From: an uncultured Gemmatimonadales bacterium
Lineage (GTDB): Bacteria; Gemmatimonadota; Gemmatimonadetes; Longimicrobiales; RSA9
Reading direction: 5' to 3'
Length of the DNA stretch: 64,000 nucleotides
Assembly: GCA_963783305.1 (NCBI GenBank)
Contig: CAWAMW010000017.1
Location: 384,001-448,000, forward strand
The notes under the pieces are model-generated. The model searched no databases. It saw nothing but the letters and a program-made list of their open reading frames with translations, and was not told the origin of the DNA. A program made the position numbers and the translations under genes. Positions 28,127 through 38,283 of this stretch are shown here, piece by piece (position 1 is the first letter of the stretch; each line of letters begins with the position of its first letter).

Positions 28127-31100
28127 TCAGTACCGCGCCCGGAGCGCGACACCGCGCCCCGCCTCCCCCACGACCGTGCCGTCCCGCCACACCGGCTCGC
28201 CGGCCACCCATACCGTGAACCCGTGAGCGGTGGCGTAGGGCTCGTCGTAGGTAGCCCGGTCCCGGACTTCGGCTGGATCGAATACGACGACGTCCGCCGC
28301 CCACCCCTCCTTCAGCTGGCCCCGTGGCAGGTCCACGCGCGCCGGATCGTCCAGGCCCACGATGGCGGCCGTCAGACCGGACATCTTCCGCACGGCCTCC
28401 TCGATTCCGAGCATCTCTTCCTCCATCACGTAACGCCGGAGCACGCGCGCGAACGCGCCGTAGGAGCGGGGGTGCAGCATGGTGGGGCTGCCGTCGGTGG
28501 AAACCACCACGTGGGGATCGGCAAGGAACCGGCGCATCACTGCCTCGTCCATGACGGTGTAGGCGGCGCTGGCGCCGTCGGGGCCGAGCTCCACCAGCAC
28601 GTCCTCGAACGGCCGCCCCAGATCCGCCGCCACGTCGGCCAGGGTGCGCCCCTTCCACGGGCCCGTGCCGAAGAGCATGGCCCCCGGGCCGTTCCGGCTC
28701 TCCACGCGGCGGCGCAGGTGGTCGGCCAGCTCGCCCCGTCGCTCTGCCACCACGTCCGCGTAGTCGTACGGGGGCCGGGCCCACTCGGGGAAGAGGATGG
28801 AAAGGCCGGTGTAGCTGGCGATGTACGGATATACGTCCCCCGTGACCGTCAGCCCCTCCGCCCGAGCGGCGGCCATGGCGTTGAGCAGCCGGTCGGCGTC
28901 GGCGGGGTCATGGCTCAGGACCACCTTCATGTGCGACGCGTGCACCCGGGCGTCGGCGGTTCGCCCCTGCTCGATCAGCTCGGCCAGCGCGTCATCCACG
29001 CGGCCTGGGTCCTCGCTCCGCATGTGGCTCATGACCACACCGCCCCGCGCGCCGACGGGGCGGGCGAGCGCGGTCAGCTCCGACATGTCCGCCTGGATCC
29101 CGGGATCGTACTCGAGACCGGTGGAGAGGCCGAACGCGCCCGCGTCGAGGCCGCGCTCCACGAGCTCCACCATCCGCCGGATCCCCGCCGCGCCGGGGTC
29201 GCCGTGCTCCACCCCGGACTCCATCCGGATCGTGTTGTGGCCCACCAGGTACGCCACGTTCACCCACGGATGCGCCGCATCCACGGCGTCCAGGTACGCC
29301 GCCATCCCGGAGGCCTCCGGGCCGCTCCCGTCCTGCCCGAGCACCACCGTGGTGACGCCCATGGCCAGCGCGTTGTCGAAGCGCGGGTCCCGGTCGGGCG
29401 CGCCGTGGGCGTGGGCGTCGATAAAGCCGGGCGCGACCACGCGGCCGGTCGCATCGTAGCGGTCGCGGAACGTCAGTGTGTCCGGGTCCACGATCCCGAT
29501 GTGCGCCACACGGCCACCCCGCAGCAGGACATCGGCGACCCGGCCGGGGGCGCCGCTGCCGTCCACCACCGTCCCGCCCGCGATGAGCCAGTCGTACGCC
29601 GGCGACCGCTCTCTCGACCGGACGTCCGTGCCCCCCGCGCTTCCGCCGGTGCGGAGCGAACGGGGCTGGGGCTCAAACTCCTCGTACGGGACCGGGTCCT
29701 CGGCGGGAACGGCGTACTGCTCTCGCAGCCGTGTCAGTCGGGTCTCCAGCTCGGCCCGGACCCCCGCGTAGCGCGGGTCGTCGTACACGCTCTCCATCTC
29801 CTCGGGGTCCCGCTCGAGGTCGAAGAGCTCCCACTCCCCCACCTCGTAGTAGTGGATCAGCTTGTAGCGCTCCGTCCGCACCCCGTACTGCCGCCGCACC
29901 ATGTGCCAGCCCGGGTACTCGAAGTACTGGTAGTAGATGGCGTCCCGCCAGTCGGCGGGCGGGCGGCCGGTCAGGAGTGGGACCAGGCTGCGTCCCTGCA
30001 TGGCCGCGGGGACGGGAGCGCCCCCGGCGTCCAGAAGCGTCTCGGCGAAATCCAGGTTCATGACCAGGTCGTGGCTCACGGACCCGGCCGGGGCCACGCC
30101 CGGCCAGCGCACGATGAGCGGGATCCGCAGCGACTCCTCGTACATCCACCGCTTGTCGAACCAGCCGTGGTCGCCCAGGAAGAAGCCCTGGTCGGAGGTG
30201 TAGACGATCAGCGTCTCGCCCGCGACGCCCGCGCGCTCCAGCGCGTCCACCACCCGCCCGACGCTCCGATCGATCGCCGCCACCGTCCGGAGGTAGTCCT
30301 TCATGTAGCGCTGGTACTTCCACCGCGCGATCTCGTCCGGGGGGAGCGAGTCCACCACGCTCAGGTACCACGCGTTCTCTTCCGCGTAGGCGCGGTCCCA
30401 CTCCGCCTGCTGCTCCGGGGTGAGCCCCGCCGGGGACTCCAGCTTCAGGTCGCGGGGGAAGAGGTCCAGCGCCACCGACATCTCCGGGGTCGACGCCGGC
30501 GAGGCGCGGCCGGCGGCGTCATCGTGGAACGTGGGCGGGACGGGCAGCGGCGTGTCGCGGTACATCCCGAGCTCTTCCGGCCCCGGGTCCCAGTACCGGT
30601 GTGAGGCGTTGTGGTGGAGCATGAGGAGGAACGGCGCCTCGTCGCTCCTGCTGGCGAGCCAGTCGAGGGCGCGGTCGGTGATGACTTCCGGTGTGTAGCC
30701 GGTGTAGATCGCCGTGTCCGAGGCGCTGTGCAGCGTCGGGTTGTAGTACGGTCCCTGGCCGCTCAGGATCTCGTAATGATCGAAGCCCCGCGGCTCCTCC
30801 CTGAGGTGCCACTTGCCGAACAGCGCCGTGCGGTAGCCGGCCTCCCGCAGCAGACCCGGGAACGCCAGGTCGGTGGGGTGGAGCGACTGCCCGTTGGTCA
30901 TCACCCCGTTCAGGTGACCGTACTGCCCCGTGAGGAGGGTGGCGCGGCTCGGCGCGCAGATGGAGTTGGTGACGAACGCGTTCGTGAACAGCATCCCCTC
31001 GGCCGCGAGCCGGTCGAGCCGGGGCGTCTGCGCGATGTGTTCCCCGTACCGGAGGTGGGGGGCGTACGCCGAGAGGGCGTGCGCGGCGTGGTCGTCGGCG

Positions 31101-31333
31101 AGGATGAAGACGATGTTCGGGCGAGCGGCGTCCGGCGGCGGCGCCATCGGGACGCGCGACGGGGGATCTCCCGCTGGCGCCGAGGCGCAACCACCTCCGA
31201 AGAGTGCGGTCAGAAGCAGGGTGCCGAGCGCGGCTCCGGCGGAGCGGCGCCGGCCGGAGCGTTGGCGGCTGGACCCGGGATCGCCTCGCGACGGGGTCAC
31301 GGGCGCCGTGCTGCGTCGGCGATTTCGATGCAT
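28127..31333 (-). CDS. Fusion of a Cys-type (FGly) sulfatase and an N-acyl-D-amino-acid deacylase-like amidohydrolase; probable lipoprotein
   Basis: N-half: PNIVFILADD, SICAPSRATLLTG, GKWHL, SDQG, DKRWMYEES. C-half: PGFIDAHAH, GLSTGLEY, SHMRSE, STDG, HPRSYG. RBS GGAGGA, lipobox-like GGGC. Confidence 0.88.
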   Translation of the reverse strand: MHRNRRRSTAPVTPSRGDPGSSRQRSGRRRSAGAALGTLLLTALFGGGCASAPAGDPPSRVPMAPPPDAARPNIVFILADDHAAHALSAYAPHLRYGEHIAQTPRLDRLAAEGMLFTNAFVTNSICAPSRATLLTGQYGHLNGVMTNGQSLHPTDLAFPGLLREAGYRTALFGKWHLREEPRGFDHYEILSGQGPYYNPTLHSASDTAIYTGYTPEVITDRALDWLASRSDEAPFLLMLHHNASHRYWDPGPEELGMYRDTPLPVPPTFHDDAAGRASPASTPEMSVALDLFPRDLKLESPAGLTPEQQAEWDRAYAEENAWYLSVVDSLPPDEIARWKYQRYMKDYLRTVAAIDRSVGRVVDALERAGVAGETLIVYTSDQGFFLGDHGWFDKRWMYEESLRIPLIVRWPGVAPAGSVSHDLVMNLDFAETLLDAGGAPVPAAMQGRSLVPLLTGRPPADWRDAIYYQYFEYPGWHMVRRQYGVRTERYKLIHYYEVGEWELFDLERDPEEMESVYDDPRYAGVRAELETRLTRLREQYAVPAEDPVPYEEFEPQPRSLRTGGSAGGTDVRSRERSPAYDWLIAGGTVVDGSGAPGRVADVLLRGGRVAHIGIVDPDTLTFRDRYDATGRVVAPGFIDAHAHGAPDRDPRFDNALAMGVTTVVLGQDGSGPEASGMAAYLDAVDAAHPWVNVAYLVGHNTIRMESGVEHGDPGAAGIRRMVELVERGLDAGAFGLSTGLEYDPGIQADMSELTALARPVGARGGVVMSHMRSEDPGRVDDALAELIEQGRTADARVHASHMKVVLSHDPADADRLLNAMAAARAEGLTVTGDVYPYIASYTGLSILFPEWARPPYDYADVVAERRGELADHLRRRVESRNGPGAMLFGTGPWKGRTLADVAADLGRPFEDVLVELGPDGASAAYTVMDEAVMRRFLADPHVVVSTDGSPTMLHPRSYGAFARVLRRYVMEEEMLGIEEAVRKMSGLTAAIVGLDDPARVDLPRGQLKEGWAADVVVFDPAEVRDRATYDEPYATAHGFTVWVAGEPVWRDGTVVGEAGRGVALRARY

Positions 31334-31521
31334 GTTCGTCCTCCGGAGGTGGGGCAGAGGGAGAAGGTAACCAGCCACCGCGCCGGCGACCATTCCGTTG
31401 ACGCGGTCGGGCGCTCCGAGGAGATTCTCGGCTCCACCCCGGCCGCGCCCGTCGCGGTTGGCATCGCTCCGGGCCGGCGGCATATTCCCGGGTCCCGCCG
31501 ATTCAACCGAGCCGTGAGCCC

Positions 31522-32547
31522 ATGCGACGCATCAGCCGATCCGTTCCCTGCCTCCTGTTCCTGGCCGCCACCGCCTGCGCCAGCGCCGCGTCCCACGAGT
31601 CCACTGGCATCGGGCCGGAGGTGCCCGGCGACCACGCACCAGAGGTCGCGCCCGTGGACTGGGAGGTCGTGGACTCCGTGGATGTCGCCGCGTTCAACGC
31701 CGATCTCCGGCCGGACCGGCTCACCATGGACGTGGGCGTGTACTTCCCGGCCAACCTGGACCCGGGCTTCCACAAGGTGACGCTGCCCAGGCTGCTGGAA
31801 AGTCTGCGGGCGGCGAAGGAGATCTACGCCCCCGCGGGCGTCCAGATCAACCTGCTCTGGGTGAAGACCGGCGTCGTCGACCCGCGCTTCTTCGCGATCC
31901 AGTCCGACGAGTTCCCGGGGGTGCCGACCACGGGCTACGTCAACCTGTACGAGCACATGCGACGGAACCCGGCGCGGCTGACCGATCAGACGCTGGGCGC
32001 GTTCCGGAGCATCGTGGAGCCGCACCCGGACAGCCACCGCACGCTCTACCTCGTAGTGCTGGAAGACGTGTTCTACCCGTTCCTCGAGGTGGCGGAGGGC
32101 CGAAACTGGATGCTCAAGACGGTCCGGACGGGCGGGCTCTCGTTCCCCACCTACTCCTACGGCGCGACGATCCCGGCCCCGTACCGCGGCGTCATCACCA
32201 TCACGAACCTGTCCCGCCCGGACCGGTACCGGCGCACGGTCGCCCACGAGATCGGGCACAAGGTGATCAACGTGAGCCACGAGTACCGCGACATCTCGCC
32301 GCAACACGAGGTGTACGCCGAGGGCGGCCTCATGGTGTACGGTGGCGGGGAGGCCATCGAGTCGGGGGCCGAGGGGCGCTGGCACCTGGAGCGGCTGCGC
32401 CTGTCCCCGTTCCTGTATCGTCTGGCGGAGGATGGAGACAAGGAGTGGAACCCGGACTACCGCGAGGGCGGTCACTACTACGACCCCCTGTACGGCGACT
32501 ACGTGATCCACTTCGACGGGACGGCGGCCATCGACGAGGACTGGTGA
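31522..32547 (+). CDS. Zinc metallopeptidase-like lipoprotein (metzincin-type)
   Basis: Lipobox ATAC, HEIGHKVINVSH, Met-turn-like GGLMVY. Confidence 0.7.
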   Translation: MRRISRSVPCLLFLAATACASAASHESTGIGPEVPGDHAPEVAPVDWEVVDSVDVAAFNADLRPDRLTMDVGVYFPANLDPGFHKVTLPRLLESLRAAKEIYAPAGVQINLLWVKTGVVDPRFFAIQSDEFPGVPTTGYVNLYEHMRRNPARLTDQTLGAFRSIVEPHPDSHRTLYLVVLEDVFYPFLEVAEGRNWMLKTVRTGGLSFPTYSYGATIPAPYRGVITITNLSRPDRYRRTVAHEIGHKVINVSHEYRDISPQHEVYAEGGLMVYGGGEAIESGAEGRWHLERLRLSPFLYRLAEDGDKEWNPDYREGGHYYDPLYGDYVIHFDGTAAIDEDW

Positions 32548-32599
32548 TCGCCGGCCGTCAAGAACCCTTCGTCCAGGGGGATACACACACCCGCTCCCC

Positions 32600-32860
32600 T
32601 CACGGGCTGGGTCCGTTCCCTACCCGCGTGAGCGAGACCAGCCGCAGGTGCAGGTCGTGGATCCGCCGGAGCACTCCGTGCAGCGCCGCCTGATCGGCGA
32701 CGGTCACCTGCAGAATGGTCCGGCCGCCCTCGGATTGGAGGACGCACTCGCCGAACCAGGAGCCCCACTCCTCGCCGATCTCGCCGTCCACCACGAGTCG
32801 ATAGCCGATCGAGCCGGCGTCCGCGTCCCCTTCCGTGAGTCCCTCCATGACTGCCTCCAT
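32600..32860 (-). CDS. Small ACT-like protein associated with MalT-like regulators
   Basis: YRLVVDGEI..W..WF...T.L.V.VADQAALHGVLRRIHDL.L.LVS. Start may be 32848. Confidence 0.8.
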   Translation of the reverse strand: MEAVMEGLTEGDADAGSIGYRLVVDGEIGEEWGSWFGECVLQSEGGRTILQVTVADQAALHGVLRRIHDLHLRLVSLTRVGNGPSP

Positions 32861-32916
32861 CCTGGCGTGCCTGCCCCTCCCGATGATGAGGATAGCCGGG
32901 GGCGGTCAGCGGCACG

Positions 32917-32943
32917 TCCCCCACCGACGGCGTAGATGGGGGA
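32917..32943. promoter_or_regulatory. Operator-like palindrome TCCCCC-N15-GGGGGA
   Basis: TCCCCC at 32917-32922, GGGGGA at 32938-32943, with an extra GGGGGGA just beyond. Confidence 0.55.
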
Positions 32944-32978
32944 TTGATGGGGGGAGTGCGGGCGGCGCGTGGAGCGCG

Positions 32979-35681
32979 TCAGCCGTGTGGTGCGACGGAT
33001 GTGGGGTCGAGGCCGAGCTCACGAGCCCGGGTGACCGCCCGTTTCCGGTCGCCCACGCCGAGCTTCCCGTAGAGGTGCTTCAGGTGCGTCTTCACGGTCT
33101 CGGAGGAGACGAACATGGCGCGGGCAATGGCCTTGTTGCTGAGGTCCTGGAACAGGTAGCCCAGGACCTCCTCCTCCCGCTCCGTGAGCGGCTCGACCAG
33201 CGCGGCGGCCGGAGACGGGGAGCGTCCTGGAGTTTGGTCATCGAAGCGTTCCAGGAGGTGCGTCGCGTAGGCGCGGGACGTGGTGGAGAGGGGGCGGCTC
33301 ACCGCCGCCTGCAGCAGCGCCCGGACCGGCTCACCGCCGTTCAGCAGCGGACGCGCATAGCCCCGAATGGCCGCCAGCTGCAGGAGCTCCTCCACGCGCT
33401 CCCAGCGGTCCTCTTCCGCATCCGGGAGCAGGGCACGAACGGCGAGGGCGACGCACAGCCCGATGCCGCGACCGCGGCTCCTGCTCTCCCTCTCCAGGCA
33501 CTCCGCGAGCGCGGCCGCGGGGCCGAATCGCTCCCCCCGGACCGCCTGCCAGAGCGCCAGCACGTGCTCCGTCTCCCGGAGCGCCGACCACACCGCCGGC
33601 CCGTCCGGGTCGGTGGCCGCGGCGATCAACGGGGCGGGTGGAGCCGCCCCGGCGATCTCCCGCGCGAACGCCAGTCGCGACCTCTCCAGGTCGATGCTGG
33701 TGTCCATGAATCCCGCATTCTGCGCCTGCGCCAGGGAGGCGGCATCGATCAGATGCGATTCCGCTTCGTCGAATTCTCGCCGTGCGATCGCCACGCGGGC
33801 CAGGCCGACGAGCCCGTTCGCCAGACCTTCCGGGAATTCGGTGGCCCGGCCGAGCTCCACCGCGCGACGGAAGGCGTCGCGGGCGGGGCCGAGGGAGTCC
33901 GCCAGGTATTCCACATGCCCCAGGTGGTAGAGGACGGTGGAGAACGCCGGCAGGCGGGAGAGTCCGCGCTCCTCGGCGAAAGCCACCGCTCCGGCCAGCG
34001 CCTCGGACGCGCGCTGCACGCCGTCCGTCTGCACCGCCACGGCCGCCGCCTGCCCCAGACCCACCAGCACCAGGTACAGATTGGATGCGCGGAGGTTGTG
34101 GTCCTGCGCCCGCTCCAGGAGCTCGCCGGCCGGCACCATCTCCCCGAGCGCCATGTACGCGCGGGCCATGTTGAACGTGAGCAGCCCGTTCATCAGCGCG
34201 TCCTCAGGCCGGAGACCGGCCAGCGTGCGCTCGCTGATCTCGATGGCCTCCTGGTAGCGGCCGGTGAACCGCGCGGAGAACGCGCTCAGGATCTCGCGTT
34301 CCCGTGAGGCGTTCCGCATCCGGTCGGGGTCGTAGTCCGGGGGCACCCTCTCGAGGGCGGCGGAAATGGCGTCGAGGATGGGCTGGAGGTCGGGTGCCCG
34401 CTCGGTCAGCACGCGGACCCAGCCCAACATGGAAAGGAGCATGGGGTAGGGCTGTGACAGCGGGTCGGGCACGCGCCCGAGCCAGTGGCGGACGGTGGCG
34501 ATCTCGCTCCGCGCCAGCATCCCCAGCGCGTGCTGATCGAGGAGCTCCATCAGGGGCTCTGGCTCGGAGAGGAGCGACGCGTGCTCGAGGGCCGCGTGGA
34601 TGTCCCCCTCCGCCGCGAACCATGCGCTCGCCCGCCGGTGGAGGAGATCGAGCCGGTCGGGATAAAGCCGACCGAGCCGGAACTGGAGGAGCTCACCGAA
34701 CAGCCGATGGTAGCGGTACCACTGGCGGTCGCCGCCGAGGGCGACCAGGAAGAGGTTGGCGGACTCCACCTCCGCGAGCCGCGTCGCCGCCTCCGGGTCC
34801 CCTGTAACCGCCGCACAGGTATCCGGCCGGAACCGGCGCAGCACGGAGGTCTCCATGAGGAACCGCTGGACCTCCGGGCTCTGACGCTCCACCGCCTCTT
34901 CCAGCAGATACTCCACAATGTAGCGATGGCTCCCCGCAAAGGACTCCACCACGGCCACGGGGTCCTCCGCATCCCGGATCGCGATGGCCGCCATCCGCAG
35001 CCCGGCCACCCACCCCTCCGTCCGCTGCTCCAGCCGCTCCACCAGCGCGGGCTCGATGGCGCCGGGGACCAGCGCATCGAACAGCTCCACCGCCTCCGCG
35101 CTCGTACAGCGCAGGTCGCGCTCGCGCAGCTCAAGGAGCTCGCCGGCGAGCCGGAGCCGACCCATGCCGAACTGGGGGTCCACCCGCGTCAGGAGCATCA
35201 GCCGTGGCCCCTCTACGGGCGCGTGCAGCAGCGCCTCCAGGACCGATACCACCGCGCGGCCCTCCAGCTCGTGTACGTCGTCCAGCACCACCACCGCGTC
35301 CCGTCCGATCTCCGACAGCGCATCCAGCAGCCCCGGCGGGAGCGGACCGCGTCCCTCGCCCGCGCCCAGGCCACGGATCAGGCTCCCGGCTCGGTCGGCG
35401 CCCGGGACGTCCAGCCGGGCGAACGCGGCACCGAGGTGGGCGAGGAATCGGGCAGGGTCATTGTCGAAGGGATCCACGGACAGCCAGCCCGTGGGGAGGC
35501 CGCGGCTCGCGAGCCAGTCGAGGACCAGCACGGTCTTGCCGAACCCCGCCGGCGCCGACACGAGGATGACGCCGCCGTGGTGATCATCGAGGCGATCGTG
35601 CAGCCGCCTCCTGCGGACCACCGTCGAGGGCACCCGTGGGGGAACGAGCTTGGTCTGGATCAGTCCCGGGTCCTGCGGCAT
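32979..35681 (-). CDS. MalT-like STAND ATPase-TPR-LuxR transcriptional regulator
   Basis: TKLVPP, Walker A SAPAGFGKT, Walker B VLDDVH, TEGW, YRYHRLF, C-terminal LTERE..TVKTHLKHLYGKL. RBS GGAGGAG. Confidence 0.93.
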   Translation of the reverse strand: MPQDPGLIQTKLVPPRVPSTVVRRRRLHDRLDDHHGGVILVSAPAGFGKTVLVLDWLASRGLPTGWLSVDPFDNDPARFLAHLGAAFARLDVPGADRAGSLIRGLGAGEGRGPLPPGLLDALSEIGRDAVVVLDDVHELEGRAVVSVLEALLHAPVEGPRLMLLTRVDPQFGMGRLRLAGELLELRERDLRCTSAEAVELFDALVPGAIEPALVERLEQRTEGWVAGLRMAAIAIRDAEDPVAVVESFAGSHRYIVEYLLEEAVERQSPEVQRFLMETSVLRRFRPDTCAAVTGDPEAATRLAEVESANLFLVALGGDRQWYRYHRLFGELLQFRLGRLYPDRLDLLHRRASAWFAAEGDIHAALEHASLLSEPEPLMELLDQHALGMLARSEIATVRHWLGRVPDPLSQPYPMLLSMLGWVRVLTERAPDLQPILDAISAALERVPPDYDPDRMRNASREREILSAFSARFTGRYQEAIEISERTLAGLRPEDALMNGLLTFNMARAYMALGEMVPAGELLERAQDHNLRASNLYLVLVGLGQAAAVAVQTDGVQRASEALAGAVAFAEERGLSRLPAFSTVLYHLGHVEYLADSLGPARDAFRRAVELGRATEFPEGLANGLVGLARVAIARREFDEAESHLIDAASLAQAQNAGFMDTSIDLERSRLAFAREIAGAAPPAPLIAAATDPDGPAVWSALRETEHVLALWQAVRGERFGPAAALAECLERESRSRGRGIGLCVALAVRALLPDAEEDRWERVEELLQLAAIRGYARPLLNGGEPVRALLQAAVSRPLSTTSRAYATHLLERFDDQTPGRSPSPAAALVEPLTEREEEVLGYLFQDLSNKAIARAMFVSSETVKTHLKHLYGKLGVGDRKRAVTRARELGLDPTSVAPHG

Positions 35682-35917
35682 CACTCCTCCTGCCACCTCC
35701 GCGCCGGCCGGCCGAGCCATGGCAATATGGGCGGACATGCACCCGTTGTCTGTCGGGAAACGGGTGAAAGTGCTGTGGGGAGATGACTGCCCGTCCCGCT
35801 GAACCGGTTGAACGGACGACTCGCCGAGCGGGAGTGGAGCGCGACTGGAGTGCGCAGTGGCCGGTCTCAGCGCGGCTCCGGAGCGGACCAGGGACGCCGA
35901 GCCATGCCCGTTCCCAC

Positions 35918-35956
35918 CGCGTATCCCCCGATTCCCCTCCGGATGGGGGATACGCG
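35918..35956. promoter_or_regulatory. Perfect 12-bp inverted repeat containing TCCCCC-N15-GGGGGA
   Basis: CGCGTATCCCCC-N15-GGGGGATACGCG in the divergent promoter region. Confidence 0.65.
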
Positions 35957-36027
35957 GGAGCGTGCGAGCGTGTAGGCTTGTGACAGGGTAGAGGGTGACC
36001 GGCACTATGTGGATATGGAGGAGAGCC

Positions 36028-36786
36028 ATGACTGCAGTTCGTACGACCATGATCGCGCTGGCCGTGGCGATGGGGGCGTGGACGCCGCTGGCCGCGCAGG
36101 ACACTGGGGAGATTGTGGAGCCCGCACCGGTGCGGGCGTTTGCCGAGGGATCGGTCCTGTACGCACAGCCCGTGGGCGAGTTTGCCGACCACATAGATCG
36201 AGGGGTCGGGCTGGCGCTCGGGCTGTCGGTGCCGATCAGGGAAAGGAGCCCGTGGAGCATTCGCCTCGATGGCGGCGTGCTCAACTACGGTAATGAGCGC
36301 CGCGAGGTCACGCTGGGCGGTTCGGTGGGTGGCCGCATCCGGCTGGACCTGACCACCACCAACAACGTCTTCTACCTGGGTGTCGGCCCTCAGGTGGCGG
36401 TGACGACCGGGACCCTGCGGCCGTACGCGCTCGCGTTCGCGGGTGGTGCCTATTTCAACACCACGTCATCGCTCTCGGGAACGGGCGACCACGAGGAGTT
36501 CGGACGCACCGTCAATCACGATGACCTTGCCTTCTCGTGGGGAGGCGGCGCCGGCGTGCGCCTGCCGCTGCCGGTGTCTACCGTTCCGGTGCTCGTCGAT
36601 TTCGGCGCCCGCTATCACCGTATCGGCGAGGTCGAGTACCTCCGCGAGGGCGACATCACAGACCGGCCGGACGGCACGATCCAGCTCGACCCGCAGCGAA
36701 GCCGCGCCGACATGCTGACGATCCACGTTGGCGTCTCCGTCGGACTCAGGTCCAGCATCTTCCAGAGCAACGACGACGAACGATGA
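36028..36786 (+). CDS. Outer-membrane beta-barrel protein (about 8 strands)
   Basis: RBS GGAGGAG, signal peptide LAAQ, RPYA..GG.YF, final strand IHVGVSVG. Confidence 0.75.
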   Translation: MTAVRTTMIALAVAMGAWTPLAAQDTGEIVEPAPVRAFAEGSVLYAQPVGEFADHIDRGVGLALGLSVPIRERSPWSIRLDGGVLNYGNERREVTLGGSVGGRIRLDLTTTNNVFYLGVGPQVAVTTGTLRPYALAFAGGAYFNTTSSLSGTGDHEEFGRTVNHDDLAFSWGGGAGVRLPLPVSTVPVLVDFGARYHRIGEVEYLREGDITDRPDGTIQLDPQRSRADMLTIHVGVSVGLRSSIFQSNDDER

Positions 36787-37676
36787 ACGCGTCCCGAACG
36801 GCGGCGGTGGCCGCCATGGCGGTGACGGCCGCGACGTGGACGGCGACGGCCATGGGCGCCCGCCGCTGGGATCGCGCCACCGGCCGCGTGATGGCCCGGC
36901 TGGACAGCGCCGTCGAGCAGGACGGTGCGGTGCTCTTCTCGCCCGATGAGCTCACCGGCCTGCCGGCGCCCGTGCGCCGATACTTCCGTTTCGCCCTCAC
37001 CCCCGGACAGCCGGTGGTGCGGTCGGCGCTGGTGGAGCAGGAGGGGACGTTTCAGCTGCGCCGCGGTGGATCGCGGAGCCCGTTCACGGCGGTGCAGCGG
37101 TTCACGGTGAAGCGCCCTGGCTTCGTCTGGGACGCACGGATCCGGTTGGCCCCGCTCGTCACCGTCCGCGTCCGCGATTACTACGTTGGCGGCCGCGCGG
37201 GGATGCTCGGGAATATCGCCGCACTGCTCCCGGTGGTGCGGCAGGAAGACACACCCGGCCTTGCGTCGGGCGCGCTGCACCGACGGCTCCTGGAGTCGCC
37301 GTGGCTACCCACGTCGCTGCTCCCGAGCCAGGGCGTGCGCTGGGATCCCATCAACGAGTCCTCCGCCCGGGCCACACTGGTGGATGGCGAGCTCGACGTC
37401 TCCATGGTGGCGCACTTCGGAGACGATGGCGGCATCGAGCGGGTCGAGGCGCTCCGGATGCGCGACGTGGACGGAGCCGGTGTGCCCACGCCCTTCGTGG
37501 GATACTTCGGCGATTACGAGAAGGTCGCGGGCATGAGAGTGCCCATGACCGGCCATGTCGAGTGGGTTCTGCCCGAGGGCCGGCACGATTTCTGGCACGG
37601 TCGCATCACCCGGGTCGAGTACCGGATGGCTGCACCGGCGGTCCCACGCCGCCCGAGCGAGGCCGCCGGACCATGA
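36783..37676 (+). CDS. DUF6544/DUF6920-like membrane-anchored protein
   Basis: LPAPVRRYF, Q.F....PGFVWDA, E.PWLPT.LLP, W. ATGA overlap. Confidence 0.75.
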   Translation: MNASRTAAVAAMAVTAATWTATAMGARRWDRATGRVMARLDSAVEQDGAVLFSPDELTGLPAPVRRYFRFALTPGQPVVRSALVEQEGTFQLRRGGSRSPFTAVQRFTVKRPGFVWDARIRLAPLVTVRVRDYYVGGRAGMLGNIAALLPVVRQEDTPGLASGALHRRLLESPWLPTSLLPSQGVRWDPINESSARATLVDGELDVSMVAHFGDDGGIERVEALRMRDVDGAGVPTPFVGYFGDYEKVAGMRVPMTGHVEWVLPEGRHDFWHGRITRVEYRMAAPAVPRRPSEAAGP

Positions 37677-38283
37677 GGGGGACCGCCACCAGAGCACTCA
37701 GCAGCAGGCCGAGGTCCTGAATCACGCCGAACTCGAACACGGCCGACAGCCCCAGAACGGCCCACACGGCGGGTACCACCAGCAGCCAGCGCGGCGCGAG
37801 CGGCGACAGCAGGAGCATGCCGAAGGTGAAGATCACCAACGGACAGGGAGCCCCGAACGTGGGGCTGGCACGGTAGGCGTGGCCGGCGAGCGCACCGACC
37901 AGCGGGTAGATCGCAAGCGCGTATGCGATCATCGCCGCCGCCGATACACCGCGGATCCCCACGCTGAACCGGAACCTCGGCGGCTCCCGCTCGGCCGCGC
38001 GGCCGAAAAGGAGCAGACCCTCGACCACGAATAGGGCGCCGAACCCGAACGCCGCCGGGTTGATCACAGAAAAATGAAGGATGTGATAGACGACGCCCGT
38101 CCACAGCCACAGCGCGCCGAGTCCGGCCCAGATCCAGCGGGCGGCGCGGTCGTTGCCCCGGAATGCCAGTATTGCGACGCCACACGCCAGCGACAGCAGC
38201 ACGAGCTGCGCCGGCCAGACCGCTTCGTTGTAGGCGACGAAGACACCGAAGAACTCGTCGGCTGAAAAGGGAACGCGGAACAT
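37606..38283 (-). CDS. DUF6064-like integral membrane protein
   Basis: PFS...FF.VF..YN.AVWPAQ, YH..HF..IN, FGAPCP..IFTFG. RBS GGAGGA. Confidence 0.78.
   Translation of the reverse strand: MFRVPFSADEFFGVFVAYNEAVWPAQLVLLSLACGVAILAFRGNDRAARWIWAGLGALWLWTGVVYHILHFSVINPAAFGFGALFVVEGLLLFGRAAEREPPRFRFSVGIRGVSAAAMIAYALAIYPLVGALAGHAYRASPTFGAPCPLVIFTFGMLLLSPLAPRWLLVVPAVWAVLGLSAVFEFGVIQDLGLLLSALVAVPLMVRRPRSGGVGPPVQPSGTRPG

Noticed and set aside
32979..35681. STAND NTPase as an Avs-type anti-phage system
   Set aside because: The C-terminal LuxR HTH and MalT architecture indicate a transcription factor, and no nuclease or other effector domain is seen.
35684..36284. 200-aa N-terminal extension of the MalT-like ORF in the ORF track
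   Set aside because: It overlaps the divergent promoter and gene. The strong RBS and family start point to about 35681.
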